Origin: Macrostomum lignano
Taxonomy: Eukaryota
Length of the DNA stretch: 64,000 nt
NCBI GenBank assembly: GCA_002269645.1
Contig: NIVC01000280.1
Span: 658,768-722,767 of the forward strand
Direction of reading: 5' to 3'
Shown: in pieces, positions 13,099-25,881 of the stretch
Position numbering within the stretch: the first letter of the stretch is position 1
Layout of the letters: each line of letters begins with the position of its first letter
Made by a program: the position numbers and the translations under genes
Notes under the pieces: model-generated
Seen by the model: the letters and a program-made list of their open reading frames with translations, nothing else
Database searches by the model: none
What the model was told of the DNA's origin: nothing

Positions 13099-14288
13099 AT
13101 GCTAGCTGACGCATCAGCGCCTAGTCCACGCCAAGCCAGTCTGGGCAGTGCTGCCAAGAGCTGGGGCGCCACACTTTACTGTCTGGGCCGGCGGGCCACC
13201 AGCGCTGTGGCTTCTACTGCGGCTGCCGCTGCCGCTGCTGCCATGGCCGTCACCGACTCTGGGCAGCAGCAGCAGCAGCAGCAACAGCAAGCTTCTCTGG
13301 CCTCCTCGGCCGCTGCAGAGCCGCCCTGGTCTGGCCTGGAGCCGGGTCCGCGCAATCAGATTTTATCGCTGGCTGAGGATCCTCGCAATTTTCTCCGCCC
13401 ACCGCCTGCCAGCTGCGGCTTCGAGTTCTGCTTGGAGCCGGTACTGCCATCGGCTATGGCCGCGCTGGAGGCCGACCCGGCGCTCAGGCAGATGCGATTC
13501 AGGCTGGTGCCGAGGCGGCTGGCCGAGGAGCAGTTCTGGAGGAACTATTTCTATAGGGTATGGAGCTGAGTCTTGGCTGCTGGCTGGCTGTGCCTCTTTC
13601 ATGCCTGTTAAGTGATGCTGTAGCTACCCACTACCCATGTCTCCTGCTAGCCCCCAGTGTCCCCTGCTAGCCCCCAGTGTCCCCTGCTAGCCCCCAGAGT
13701 CCCTTGCTAGCCCCCAGAGTCCCTTGCTAGCCCCCAGAGTCCCTTGCTAGCCCCCAGTGTCCCCTGCTAGCCCCCAGAGTCCCTTGCTAGCCCCCAGTGT
13801 CCCCTGCTAGCCCCCAGTGTCCCCTGCTAGCCCCCAGTGTCCCCTGCTAGCCCCCAGTGTCCCCTGCTAGCCCCCAGTGTCCCCTGCTAGCCCCCAGAGT
13901 CCCCTGCTAGCCCCCAGAGTCCCTTGCTAGCCCCCAGTTCCCCTGCTAGCCCCCAGTGTCCCCTGCTAGGCCAGCCTTATTTGGATACAATGTTGACATT
14001 TCCCAACCTCAGGTTAGCGTGATCCGCCGCTCCGCGCAGCTCTCAGTATCCACTCCAGCCCTAGCAACTGTTGCTAGGGACGCGAGAGCGCATTCGCCGG
14101 CCGAGGCCTCTGAATGCTCGTCAGCCTGCAGCAGCGATAGCTTTGAGCGAGTGCCGTCCAGAGAGGCTCTTGAGGCCGAGGTCGGTGATGATGTCGTTGA
14201 AATTGTTTACAATGATTGGGAGCGGGAACTGCAGCGGGAGCTGGCCGGACTCGAACCTATAACCTCGGGCAGCCAGCCGAAGGACTAG
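13099..14288 (+). CDS. SYAP1: Synapse-associated protein 1 (SAP47)-like BSD-domain protein, about 244 aa, 2 exons
   Basis: Exons 13099-13557 and 14013-14288, phase 0. PPW..QILSLAEDPRNFLRPPP..MRFRLVPRRLAEEQFWRNYFYR|VSVIRRSAQL and C-terminal DWERELQREL match SYAP1. The start ATG is assumed; an upstream exon is not excluded. Confidence 0.9.
13643..13969. repeat. 20-bp minisatellite (ctagcccccagtgtcccctg) filling the SYAP1 intron
   Basis: About 16 tandem units visible. Confidence 0.97.
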
Positions 14289-14744
14289 TTCAGTCTGTGC
14301 CTGTGCTTCTGCTAAAACTCGATCTAATCCTGTCTTTGCCAATCAAAGACACTAATCGTATATAGCGTATATTCGTATATAGCTCAATAATAAATAGCGA
14401 AAGCCCCAATGAGATTCTCTCCCGACTGAATTATTAAATTAACTTGTTAATGTTAATTCGTGCTGTTAATTTTAGCGAGCTTGGTTTTGATAGCTGAAGC
14501 CACATATCAGGCCTTTGTTGGCCAAACCGAATTGCACTAAACTTTTATTGCGTAATCCTTGTATGTCTTAATTGTTTACCTCTTTGGCGTCGCTAACTTT
14601 AATTCTTGACTGCGTTAAAAAATTCCTGCACTTGACAAAATTCTGGGTGTATTCGCATTGGATTCTAACCCAAAAATGGCGTGGGACGCTTGTCATGTCT
14701 AACAGTCACCTCCATGCCCTTCCCCTATTGTACAGGCACACGTC

Positions 14745-15112
14745 CAACCAGGCGCCTCAAACCTCTTCCCCCAATGTACATACACACGCCCAACCAACTG
14801 ACTCCAACCTCTTCCCCCAATGTACATACACACGCCCAACCAACTGCCTCCAACCTCTTCCCCCAATGTACATACACACGCCCAACCAACTTCCTCCAAT
14901 CTCTTCCTCCAATTTACATACGCATGTCCAATCAGGCGCCTCCAACCTCTTCCCCAATGTACATACACACGCCCAACCAACTGCCTCCAACCTCTTCCCC
15001 CAATGTACATACACACGCCCAACCAACTTCCTCCAATGTACATACGCATGTCCAACCAGGCGCCTCCAACCTCTTCCCCAATGTACATACACACGCCCAA
15101 CCAACTGCCTTT
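14745..15112. repeat. About 45-bp minisatellite (cctccaacctcttcccccaatgtacatacacacgcccaaccaactg)
   Basis: About 8 imperfect tandem units; these explain the overlapping repetitive ORFs at 14572-15182. Confidence 0.95.
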
Positions 15113-15814
15113 AACCCACCCTTTCCCTAATGTACACATGGACAGTAAAAAACGAATCCTGACTAGAATCCAACCATATTAAATCCATATCCATATCCAC
15201 ATCCATATCAAATCAATTTATTAACTGGAATCAAAGCAGGCAGGACGCGGACAAGTAAGTACTTTTTCTTGGGTATTTTTACTATCATTTCATTGCTATC
15301 ATGTTCATAATCATTCCATTAATAAGCGTAGTCACTATGTTTATTAAGTATCGAAAATGCGTGTTACATTAATAATTTAACACATTGACAAGTTGCTGCC
15401 AACAAGTTCATTAGTCATTTCGCATTTGGTGTGAATGCGTATTATTACATTATGTATTAGAATTGTATCGATCTTATACCTACTGCTATGAATTCCTTTC
15501 TTCCTCTATTTTCTATCGTAATAAAAATTGTGTAAACTATCTGACAATAATTGTGCAAATTTAAGCTTTTTAAATATAATTGAAAAAAGTTGATTTTATC
15601 ATCAATAATGCATTCATTATTATGCCTCAACAGTTCACTGCCCTAAAGTACAGCATTATTACTTTTCTGTGATTTTTTGTGCCAGAAGTTTGTCAGAATT
15701 ACAACACTGACGTATTGATTTGCTCTTCTAAACCTAAGCCAAATAATACAGAGATTCCCGTTTCGATTTCAATCAGATGTACTAATCCTGTTTTTGTCTC
15801 ACCACGCTGCTGCT

Positions 15815-16612
15815 CAAAGATCCTCATGCAAAGTGAGTCAGGAGCTACTTACTCTCAAAGATCCTCATGCAAAGTGAGTCAGGAGCTACTTACTCTCAAA
15901 GATCCTCATGCAAAGTGAGTCAGGAGCTACTTACTCTCAAAGATCCTCATGCAAAGTGAGTCAGGAGCTACTTACTCTCAAAGATCCTCATGCAAAGTGA
16001 GTCAGGAGCTACTTACTCTCAAAGATCCTCATGCAAAGTGAGTCAGGAGCTACTTACTCTCAAAGATCCTCATGCAAAGTGAGTAAGGAGCTACTCTCAA
16101 AGATCCTCATGCAAAGTGAGTCAGGAGCTACTTACTCTCAAATATCCTCATGCAAACTGAGTCAGGAGCTACTTACTCTCAAAGATCCTCATGCAAAGTG
16201 AGTCAGGAGCTACTTACTCTCAAATATCCTCATGCAAACTGAGTCAGGAGCTACTTACTCTCAAAGATCCTCATGCAAAGTGAGTCAGGAGCTACTTACT
16301 CTCAAAGATCCTCATGCAAAGTGAGTCAGGAGCTACTTACTCTCAAAGATCCTCATGCAAAGTGAGTCAGGAGCTACTTACTCTCAAAGATCCTCATGCA
16401 AAGTGAGTCAGGAGCTACTTACTCTCAAATATCCTCATGCAAACTGAGTCAGTAGCTACTTACTCTCAAAGATCCTCATGCAAACTGAGTCAGGAGCTAC
16501 TTACTCTCAAAGATCCTCATGCAAACTGAGTCAGGAGCTACCCTCAAAGATCCCCATGCAAACTGAGTCAGGAGCTACTGTCAAAGATCCCCAAACTGAT
16601 TCAGGAGCTACT
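15815..16612. repeat. 41-bp minisatellite (ctcaaagatcctcatgcaaagtgagtcaggagctacttact)
   Basis: About 19 head-to-tail units without spacers, degenerating at the right end. Confidence 0.97.
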
Positions 16613-17268
16613 AACAAAGGTCCTCAAATTTCCCTAGACAGTGAAAGCAGAAACGCACAAGAGTGCAAAGAACGAACAGCTCATTCGAATAAGTGGCTAC
16701 AGCCTTGAAAATCAGAGAACGATTTGCTGCTATCGCCCACATGATCGCGTGTATTATGCGTCTTGGGAAATTTATCGATTTACAATTATGGGTGTCGAGG
16801 AAGGAGCCGATTGATTCGCGTCAACAACAGGTAATTAATGATTCGATTTTAAATTTGAAACTATCAAGCAATTATCTTTTATTCGTGCAGAAAAAACTGA
16901 CTACTCGTTACTGTAAGTAATAGAGCTGGCGTTTAAAGGTTGTTGAGTTGAACTGCTATAAAGTCTAGATATTCAGAAAGTCTCGTATCTAGATTAAGCC
17001 ATCTAATCTCTAGCCTACAAAGAGACTACATGAAAGCAGGAAATAAGTGGTCAAGCAGTTATTTCAGAAAATTGGACCAATACGGACACAAAGCACTAGA
17101 GAGCTACATGTACTACTAAAATAAAAGTAAATTTAATTTTTATGTAAAAATGATTTCTTCACCAATTGGAATGGGAGCTACGCACAAATTGTTAGCTAGA
17201 TCCTAATACAATATGATAGTTAATAATGCCATTAATAATTATTTTAAGCATTACTAATTTCAGTCTAC

Positions 17269-20200
17269 TCAATTCGTCTTATCGTGCTCATCGGACGATG
17301 CCAGATTGTCGGTGTCAGAGGCGGCAGTGGCGGCGGCGTTGCTGGCGGTTCCACTGGGCGAGTCGGACGAGGTGGAGCTCCGGCCGTAGGCGGACATGAC
17401 GCTGAATCGGTACTTGCGCTTGAGCTTCTCCCGCAGCGAGTAGCCCTCAGACTTCATCTTCTGCTTCACCACGCCAAGGGTGGTGGTGGTGTTGCCCAGG
17501 AACAGCAGCAGGAACAGGCCGGAGAGGGCGATCACCTGGCGGCGGCGCGGGGCCAGCGGTGTCAGGTGGGGGTCATTATGGAGAGAAACTGTCAGATGGG
17601 GGGTCATTATGAAGAGAAACTGTCAGATGGGGGTCATTATGGAGAGAAACTCTCAGGTGGGGGTCATTATGGAGAGAAACTGTCAGGTGGGGGTCATTAT
17701 GAAGAGAAACTGTCAGGTGGGGGTCATTATGAAGAGAAACTGTCAGGTGGGGGTCATTATGAAAAGAAACTGTCAGGTGGGGGTCATTATGGAGAGAAAC
17801 TCTCAGGTGGGGGTCATTATGGAGAGAAATTGTCAGATGTGGGTCATTATGGAGAGAAACTGTCAGGTGTTGGTCATTATGGAGAGAAACTGTCAGGTGG
17901 GGGTCATTATGGAGAGAAACTGTCAGGTGGGGGTCATTATGGAGAGAAACTGTCAGGTGGTGGTCATTATGGAGAGAAACTGTCAGGTGGGGGGTCATTA
18001 TGACAAGAAAATGTCAGATGGGGGTCATTATGGAGAGAAACTTTCAGATGGGTTGGGGGGTCATTATGAAGAGAAACTGTCAGATGAGTGTCATTATGGA
18101 GAATCTGTCAGATGGGGGTCATTATGGAGAGAATCTGTCACTTCGAGGTCATCACTGAGTGAAACTGTCAGGTGAGGGCAACCTGCAGCAAGGCCAACAC
18201 TCACCTGCCACTCCTGACAGTCGGGTTCGTAGAACAGTTTGAAGAGCACAAAGGAATTGTAGAGCTGGAAGCCGTAGCCGAGAAACAGAAACGGCAGCAC
18301 GAAGCCGAGGCGACGCCACATCCACGACATGAAGCCGTCTGGCGGGGGTGGATGGGGTTTGGTCACGTGACGTTATCAATGTTGCCTCGCCGAACTGACA
18401 ACAGAAGCGCAGATTTTATGACAAGATAAAAATTGACTTTTTTATGACAAACCCTCGAATTTGGGTTGGTTTTAAAAGCTCGAAACTTCTCAAGCTCGAA
18501 ACTTCTCAAGCTCGAAACTTCTCAAGCTCGAAACTTCTCAAGCTCGAAGCTTCACAAGCTTGAAGCTTCACAAGCTGGAAACTTTATAAGCTCGAAACTT
18601 CAAAAGCTCGAAAATTCTCAAGCTCGAAACTTCTCAAGCTCGAAGCTTCACAAGCTCGAAGCTTCACAAGCTCGAAGCTTCACAAGCTGGAAACTTTATA
18701 AGCTCGAAAATTTATAAGCTCGAAACTTCAAAAGCTCGAAAATTCTCAAGCTCGAAATTTCTCAAGCTCGAAGCTTCACAAGCTCGAAGCTTCACAAGCT
18801 GGAAACTTTATAAGCTCGAAAATTTATAAGCTCGAAACTTCAAAAGCTCGAAACTTCTCAAGCTCGCAACTTCATGAACTCGAAACTTCTTAAGCTCGAA
18901 ACTTCTTAAGCTCGAAACTTCTCAAGCTCGAAACTTCTCAAGCTCGAAACTTCGTAAGCCCTAAACTTAACTTGACTTTTTGACGATGCACAATTTCGAG
19001 CTTGTAGAACGCTTCACCCCCCAGAGTCCACACTGCCTTACCAACGGTTATGTCCATGGAGTGCCGCTCGCCCAATGCCCTCAGCTTGTACAGGCAGCCG
19101 CGCTGGTAATAGTACTGCACCACCTGCACTATGCCAACGTACACGCAGAACAGGTTGAACTGATTGCGGAACCGGTAGTAGCTGACCTCTCTAGGCCAGG
19201 TTAGCACGATGCCGGAGCACACAACGCTAACAAAATGGTGGGCCACCCACCAGCCCTTGATGCGGGACCCGTTCACGATGAGTATGCTCTCCCGGATCGT
19301 GAGGGTGCAGTAGTACCACACCAGCAGGAACTGGAACGCGGCGTCGAACACGCGGTGCTCGAGGAACAGAAAGAGAAAGATGGCAGCCACCAGGATGATG
19401 AGGGTGAGCACCAGCTTGAAGGCCTCGTAGTCCTGCTTGTAGGCGAACCTGCGAGGGATGAAAGGGCTTGTCTGTTGTTTTTGTGTCCGCTACTGTCTGT
19501 TTGTGTTCCCCACTGTCTGTGTCCGCTACTGTCTGCTGTGTCTGCTACTGTCTGTTTGTGTCCGCTACTGTCTGTTTGTGTCTCCTACTGTCTGTTTGTG
19601 TCCGCTACTTTCTGCTGCGTCTGCTACTGTCTGTTTGTGTCCGCTACTGTCTGTTTGTGTCCCCTACTGTCTGTTTGTGTCCGCTACTTTCTGCTGCGTC
19701 TGCTACTGTCTGTTTGTGTCCCCTACTATCTGTTTGTGTCCGCTACTGTCTGTTTGTGTCCCCTACTGTCTTTTTGTGTCCGCTACTGTTTGTGTCCGCT
19801 ACTGTCTGCTGCGTCTGCTACTGTCTGTTTGTGTCCGCTACAGTTTGTGTCCGCTACTGTCTGTTTGTGTCCGTTACTGTCTGTGTCCGCTACTATGTGT
19901 TTGTGTCCGCCACTGTCTGTTTGTGTCCGCTACTGTCTGTTTGTGTCCGCTACTGTCTGTTTGTGTCTGCTACTGTCTGTTTGTGTCTGCTACTGTCTGT
20001 TTGTGTCCGCTAATGTCTGTTTGTGTCTGCTACTGTCTGTTTGTATCCGCTACTGTCTGTTTGTGTCTGCTACTGTCTGTTTGTGTCCGCTACTGTCTGT
20101 GTCCGCTACTGTCTGTGTCCGTTACTGTTTGTGTCCGCTACTATGTGTTTGTGTCCGCCACTGTCTGTTTGTGTCCGCTACTGTCTGTTTGTGTCCGCTA

Positions 20201-22850
20201 CTGTTTGTGTCTGCTACTGTCTGTTTGTGTCTGCTACTGTCTGTTTGTGTCCGCTAATGTCTGTTTGTGTCCCCTACTGTCTGTTTGTATCCGCTACTGT
20301 CTGTTTGTGTCCGCTACTGTCTGTGTCCGTTACTGTCTGTGTCCGCTACTATGTGTTTGTGTCCGCCACTGTCTGTTTGTGTCCGCTACTGTCTGTTTGT
20401 GTCCGCTACTGTCTGTTTGTGTCCGCTACTACTTATTTGTCTGTGTCCGCCTCTGTATTTCTGCAGCTGTTTATCTGTATGTCAGCGACTTGTCTGTTTA
20501 GGTGTCCTCGACTGCCTGTCAATAATTTCTACATTGCCGGCAAACTCACTTGTCAACTTTGCTGAGCAGTGACACGTTGACCTGGCCCAGCACAATATTC
20601 AAGTACAGCCCATTCTTATGCGGCAGAGTGTCCTCAAGATCGGCGAACAGAGCCTTTCGCTGAGCCAATCGCTTCATCAGCTTCTCAACTTTATCCTTCT
20701 CATCGCCTTGGGCCACGCGCTCCAGACTGAATAAGGGGATTCATGTTAGAGGTGCTGGCAGCAGAGTGTGGAACAATTGCGCTAGACAAAGCTGTCAGTC
20801 AGTAAGAATCAAGACACTTACGATGTTAATGAGTTTAGAATCTGCTTAGCCCTGTAGCGCTGATGCTTGATGCCATCAAGACATTTTGTCTGCATCTTTT
20901 TCATTTCATCCACCTTTTCTGTGTACAACTCATGATCTTTCTAAAATTTTGTAACAAGGGAGTATAATGCTTGTAAAAATTAGTAAGTTATTCTAGATAC
21001 AATATTGAATCAATTTTTTGGCAAAAAAGTGGCACTTATTTTAAAGTTAAAATTTATCAATACAATTTTAATATAATTTCATAAGAAATACACAAGCAAA
21101 AATTTGTGCTTTTTATATAGACTTCTTTGTTTTAAGTCAAATAGCCAAGAAAGTTTAATTGCCAAGCTGTTACTGAGTTAATAAAAAAGATATGCTTAAA
21201 ATCTTGATCCTAACTATGAAGTCTATGTAGAAGATAGACCTAGTCAAGACTTTGCTATAGACTATAAATTAATTAGACAATATTAATGAGTAATAAGTTA
21301 CACTATTACTATTATCCTTTATTTCTTAATTAGGCCTAAATTAATTATAGTAAATGATAAAAATGTTAGCATTAGTTTTAGGCTTAGCATCATTAAAATT
21401 TAAAGGAAAATTTAAGTAATTAGCTATAGCTTTAGTCTAGATAAGGCAATAGGAAAATAGATATTTAATATAAATATCAAAAAATTAAGTATAATAAAAC
21501 TCTATTAATTTATCAATCATATATATTGAAGCATTAATAAGTATCTAAAAGCCTAGATTTCCTTTGATTAGGCCTATGTTAGAGATCTTTAGCCTTAACC
21601 TATGTATAAAAGTATAGAGAGCTTGTGTGCATGGCAGCTATATCTTAAATTATAGCCTATAGTATATCATATAGGCCTATTATTCAAATTATTGGAAATA
21701 AATATTTGAATTAACAAAAATAGCTATGAATTGAGATTAAATTGTATATAGGATAAAACAAGTAATAAATTATTAAATAAGTTCAGTGAGTAGGCCTAGC
21801 AATATGCAGATTTGAGGGAAAGGGTCCAATTTACAATTCACTATTTTGCCTATCTGCTGGCTACAAATACTAGATAATTTGCCAAAAACTTGATTGGCAA
21901 TGTGCTAAAGGTCCTGAGTTTGATTTGTTAGTTGCAATTGCTAATAATTATTTTAATTCATGAAAAATTATAGAACACTTATTTTTTCTGGTGCCATTTT
22001 AAATTGTAGGCATATACTATAAAAATGGAAACAATACATGCATTTTTTGCAACAACCTAGGCTTACCATGTATATAGTATTATAGACTATATAGCAGGTG
22101 AGCCTTATATGTATTGAAAGACACTTTTGCAAAAAAACTTAAAAACATTGAAAACTTAAAATTCAATGATCCTAAAATAGATAGAATGTTTAGGATTGTC
22201 TGTTGCTAGATTGATTGAATACCAGCTGCATACAAGGCTGTCTAGACTAGTAAGCAGCAATTTAAAATAAAAAATAAATATACACTAGATAAATATATAC
22301 TGCTTGCTGTTTGATTGCTTATTTACATTTTTATTGTTTTTTTGTTTAACAAAACAACTTTTGGCAAAACAACCTGCTTTCAGTGAATCAACATTTGGCA
22401 AATCAATTTTTGGCAAATTGACTTATTATACTGTGCATGCAACTAAAATACTAGGTGGATAGCTGCCATGCATGCAATTTAAACACTGGGTGGATAGCTG
22501 CCATGCACGCAAGCTGTCTGATAAAAGTATGTCTATTTATTAATAATATAGGCCTATATTAGGCTATACAAGTTATTCATAACTAACAATTGGAAATTAC
22601 TAGCAATTTTTCTTATCTCTACCACAAATATTCAAATACAAAAATCTTCAAGGACTATAAAGTTGTTAAATATATAATATTAATACTATATAAAGAAAGG
22701 TCAATCTTAAATATAGAGCTAGCAGAGGCCTATTTAATTATAAGTAAAGCAGATAACAAAGTTCCAAACCTTGAGTGTTTGAAATTCTTCATTCAATTTG
22801 TCCAGTGCAGCTTCACAGGACTGATAGTCATTGTAAGCTAGAAATGACAT
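17269..22850 (-). CDS. TMEM120: TMEM120/TACAN family membrane protein, about 394 aa, 6 exons
   Basis: Exons 22850-22770, 20940-20822, 20726-20550, 19448-19042, 18338-18205 and 17535-17269 total 1185 nt with consistent phases. Motifs LPHKNGLYLNIVLGQVNVSLL, FAYKQDYEAFKL, WYYCTLTIRESILIVNGSRIKGWW and YYYQRGCLYKLRALGERH. Confidence 0.95.
17560..18170. repeat. 30-bp minisatellite in TMEM120 intron 5
   Basis: Unit ctgtcaggtgggggtcattatggagagaaa, about 20 copies. Confidence 0.97.
18476..18953. repeat. About 16-bp minisatellite in TMEM120 intron 4
   Basis: Unit aagctcgaaacttctc and variants. Confidence 0.96.
19470..20432. repeat. 20-bp minisatellite in TMEM120 intron 3
   Basis: Unit ctgtctgtttgtgtccgcta; source of the Cys/Val-rich spurious ORFs. 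Confidence 0.97.
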
Positions 22851-23493
22851 TTTTAAGCGTTAAAAGAGCTCTTGTCTGGGTCTTCGCATACAAAAAAATA
22901 TTCAGATGCAGATCTATTCTAAGTTAGAAAAAAATATAAGTTGATTCCTAAGCCAAGGACTGGGTGCAAGAGTCAAATGTACTATATTATTATACCTCAT
23001 CCACTAACATCACATAGGAGGCGTCGACTCTAAAGAAAGGATGTCAAAGTCAGACAACTCCGAACTGCAAAGTCTGCGAACCCCTGCTGCATGTAGGCTC
23101 GTGGCACTCCAAAAAACCAGTTTCGAAGAGTTCCTAGAAAAAAACTGGTTTGGTTCCTATGCGAATAAACAAACATTTAAGTATAAAAAAGCTAGAACGT
23201 ATTTTGATTCATTAACTAAGTTGTTTTACGTTCTTTTTAATAAGGAGAAGCAATTAACTAGAGCCTAAAATTTTATTGCAATTTGGTTGATTAGCAATCG
23301 ACAGGTGTGTCAATCTGGTTGATTAGCAATGGGCAGGTGTGTTGCGCGCTACACCAACTCTAAAAACGCCCAGTTTTGGGATTTAAAAAATCTAGTCTTA
23401 AAGTTTTTGGATCTGCCAAGAATTTTAAACTTTTGTTTGATTTTGTGAATTGTTTTTTACATTGTAAGCGCAATTTATGATTATAATTTATTG

Positions 23494-24088
23494 CAGGGTC
23501 GGTAAACTCCGACATGCGAGAGCCGCCAAGCCTCTAGATCCGGCCCTCAGGAAACTTCACAATAGCAATCCGGCCCTTTTAATGTGTGGCTCTTCTCTGC
23601 TTCCTTCTCATTCCTCTTCTCTCCCTCTTCTCTCTCCTTTCTCCCCTCTTCTCTCTCCAGCTCTCTCCTTTTCCCTCGATCTCTCTCCCCTCTCCACTCT
23701 CCCTTCTCTCTGATCTCATCTCTCCTCTCTCCCCTATTCTGTCGACCCTTCTTACCCCCTCCCCTCTCTCTCCATCTTCTCTCTCCTCTCTCCCCTCTTA
23801 TCTCTCCTCTCTCCTTTTTTCTCTATCTCTCCACTCTGTACTCTCCTCCGTTCTCTTCTCTCATCTCTCCTCTCTCCCCTATTCTGTCAACTCTCCTCGC
23901 CCCCTCCCCTCTCTCTCCCTCCTCTTCTCTTTGATCTCTTCTATCTTTTCTCTTATCCCATCTCTTGCCTTTCCTTTCTTCTCTCATATTTTACTATTTT
24001 CTCTACTTTCCATGCACTCTCATCTGGCCCGCGGTCATGAGCTGGATTTTTTATCTGGCCCTTAAGATAAAAATTTCGCCGACCCCTG
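23494..24088. mobile_element. Possible hAT-like MITE with an internal CT-rich low-complexity tract
   Basis: Ends CAGGGTCGGTAAACT (23494) and AATTTCGCCGACCCCTG (to 24088) are imperfect inverted repeats, with subterminal ATCCGGCCC-type motifs. Positions 23600-24000 are a pyrimidine tract. No matching TSD. Confidence 0.45.
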
Positions 24089-24147
24089 ATATCTATGGTA
24101 TACAATTTCTGTGCAAAGCGAACGCGAGCGTAGACACAAGGACAAAA

Positions 24148-24531
24148 TGCTGGCGCCTCTGGTGCTGGCGCCTCTGGTGCTGGCGCCTCTGGTGCTGGCG
24201 CCTCTGGTGCTGGCGCCTCTGGTGCTGGCGCCTCTGGTGCTGGCGCCTCTGGTGCTGGCGCCTCTGGTGCTGGCGCCTCTGGTGCTGGCGCCTCTGGTGC
24301 TGGCGCCTCTGGTGCTGGCGCCTCTGGTGCTGGCGCCTCTGGTGCTGGCGCCTCTGGTGCTGGCGCCTCTGGTGCTGGCGCCTCTGGTGCTGGCGCCTCT
24401 GGTGCTGGCGCCTCTGGTGCTGGCGCCTCTGGTGCTGGCGCCTCTGGTGCTGGCGCCTCTGGTGCTGGCGCCTCTGGTGCTGGCGCCTCTGGTGCTGGCG
24501 CCTCTGGTGCTGGCGCCTCTGGTGCTGGCGC
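24148..24531. repeat. Perfect 15-bp minisatellite (tggcgcctctggtgc), about 25 copies
   Basis: All units are identical; this gives the APEAP, LAPLV and WCWRL spurious ORFs. Confidence 0.99.
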
Positions 24532-25110
24532 TAGCAGACGAGAAATACGAGCTAAAAAGGTGAAAAGGAATTGAGAGCTTCGGGTTAACCGACGAATAGA
24601 GGTAAAAAGAGCAAAGGCTCGCACTAAGTGTCCACGATTGAGACTGAGTCGATTCGTTAAAGCAACAAAAGTATTGTACTTGAGCAGCACGTGACAGTAT
24701 TTTTGTGAGACAATATATCGTTTCATTAAATTGACTCTTGTTTTGCTCTTCTTGTCTGACTTCTTGTCAGGGAGAAACGTCAATGTCTATATCGAGACCT
24801 GCGCAAGGCCTAGCACATATGAAGTGTCATTGCGAAATTCTTGTTTTACTCTGTGTCAAATGAAAATGTCAATGCTGCTGCAACAACGCGTGGGAGCGCG
24901 TGAGAGGAAAGTTTTTTTGATACAGCCGTCTGTATGAACTGCACATGTACATTACATGTGTATTTATATAGTCAACAATTTAAATAGGCATTGACAACAT
25001 CCAGGTGCTCATGGTTAAATGAGGGTAGCGATTAATGATTATCAATCTTCGAGTCTTCTGGCTGGAGCTTGAAAATTTTAACGAACTCAAATTGCTCTCT
25101 GCAGTCTTAA

Positions 25111-25881
25111 TTAAAACACAGACTGGCACTCGCAGATGTAGGAGGTGTTCTTATTGCAGAAATAATCATCGAGTCCAGAAGGAAAGTGTCTGTAGAGAGC
25201 AGTGCAGCTGGCTACAGGGAATTTACCGTCGGGTTGGCCAGGGTGCCAGATCCCAGAGTCCACCGAGCGGTTGCAGGCAGACCAGAACCAGCCGTCAGAT
25301 CGCGGTGTGAACTCGGCTGATTGCCGTCCGCCGAGAAAAAAGTCGGCCACCGAAGCGCCTGGCACGACCTGGCGCTGCAGCTGCAGCAGGTAGCTCGCCT
25401 CGTCAGCATCGATAGCGTCAGCGAACTTGGACAGCCCAGCCTCTGCGCTGCATCTTTGATTGGCGGTGATCCAGTTGACTTGCTCCTCCATGACAAACTT
25501 GTACGAAGTACCGAATCGAGTGTACTGGTAGCCGGGCGGGCACAGGCGGCCCAGAGGCACGCCAGGCGGAGACCTGACGTACACGGTGACCTGGTTGGTG
25601 CAGTTCGGCACCGACTGCACTCGGTGGCTGCACGCGTCGAACAGGAACAGTTTGCACAGGCAGTGGCCATTCGTCTCCATTGTAAAAGCTTGGCAGTTGG
25701 TCATCTTGGCGCAATGGGCACTGCAGTGGAACAATTTGCATGTTTCCAAAGTCCTAGTAAAGCTGGGGCTCACGCAGTCCAGCCCTGTAGTTGAATAGAA
25801 CTGCTCGACTGAGAAACTGTTTGCCTCAAGCAAGGGGGCGGCAGTCCACAGCAGCAATATGAAATTGCAATGGAGCTGCAT
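25111..25881 (-). CDS. Secreted C-type lectin domain protein with an N-terminal Cys-rich PAN/apple-like module, 256 aa, intronless
   Basis: ATG ORF with a hydrophobic signal-like N terminus; CKLFHCSAHCAKMTNCQAF..C module; CTLD features NWITANQRC, FFLGG, WFWS, WHPGQPD and C..L..LDDYFCNKNTSYICE. Confidence 0.88.
   Translation of the reverse strand: MQLHCNFILLLWTAAPLLEANSFSVEQFYSTTGLDCVSPSFTRTLETCKLFHCSAHCAKMTNCQAFTMETNGHCLCKLFLFDACSHRVQSVPNCTNQVTVYVRSPPGVPLGRLCPPGYQYTRFGTSYKFVMEEQVNWITANQRCSAEAGLSKFADAIDADEASYLLQLQRQVVPGASVADFFLGGRQSAEFTPRSDGWFWSACNRSVDSGIWHPGQPDGKFPVASCTALYRHFPSGLDDYFCNKNTSYICECQSVF

Noticed and set aside
15815-16612. 41-bp regular repeat as a CRISPR array
   Set aside because: Units are contiguous with no unique spacers, no cas genes are present and the context is eukaryotic. 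The same applies to the 35-bp array at 56815-57710.
19235-20572. Long Cys/Val-rich ORFs (up to 347 aa)
   Set aside because: Read-through of the 20-bp intronic array, antisense to TMEM120.
23953-24783. 276-aa ORF with (APEAP)n
   Set aside because: Mostly a perfect 15-bp array that is open in several frames; the unique part starts at TTG just after a stop and has no recognisable homology.
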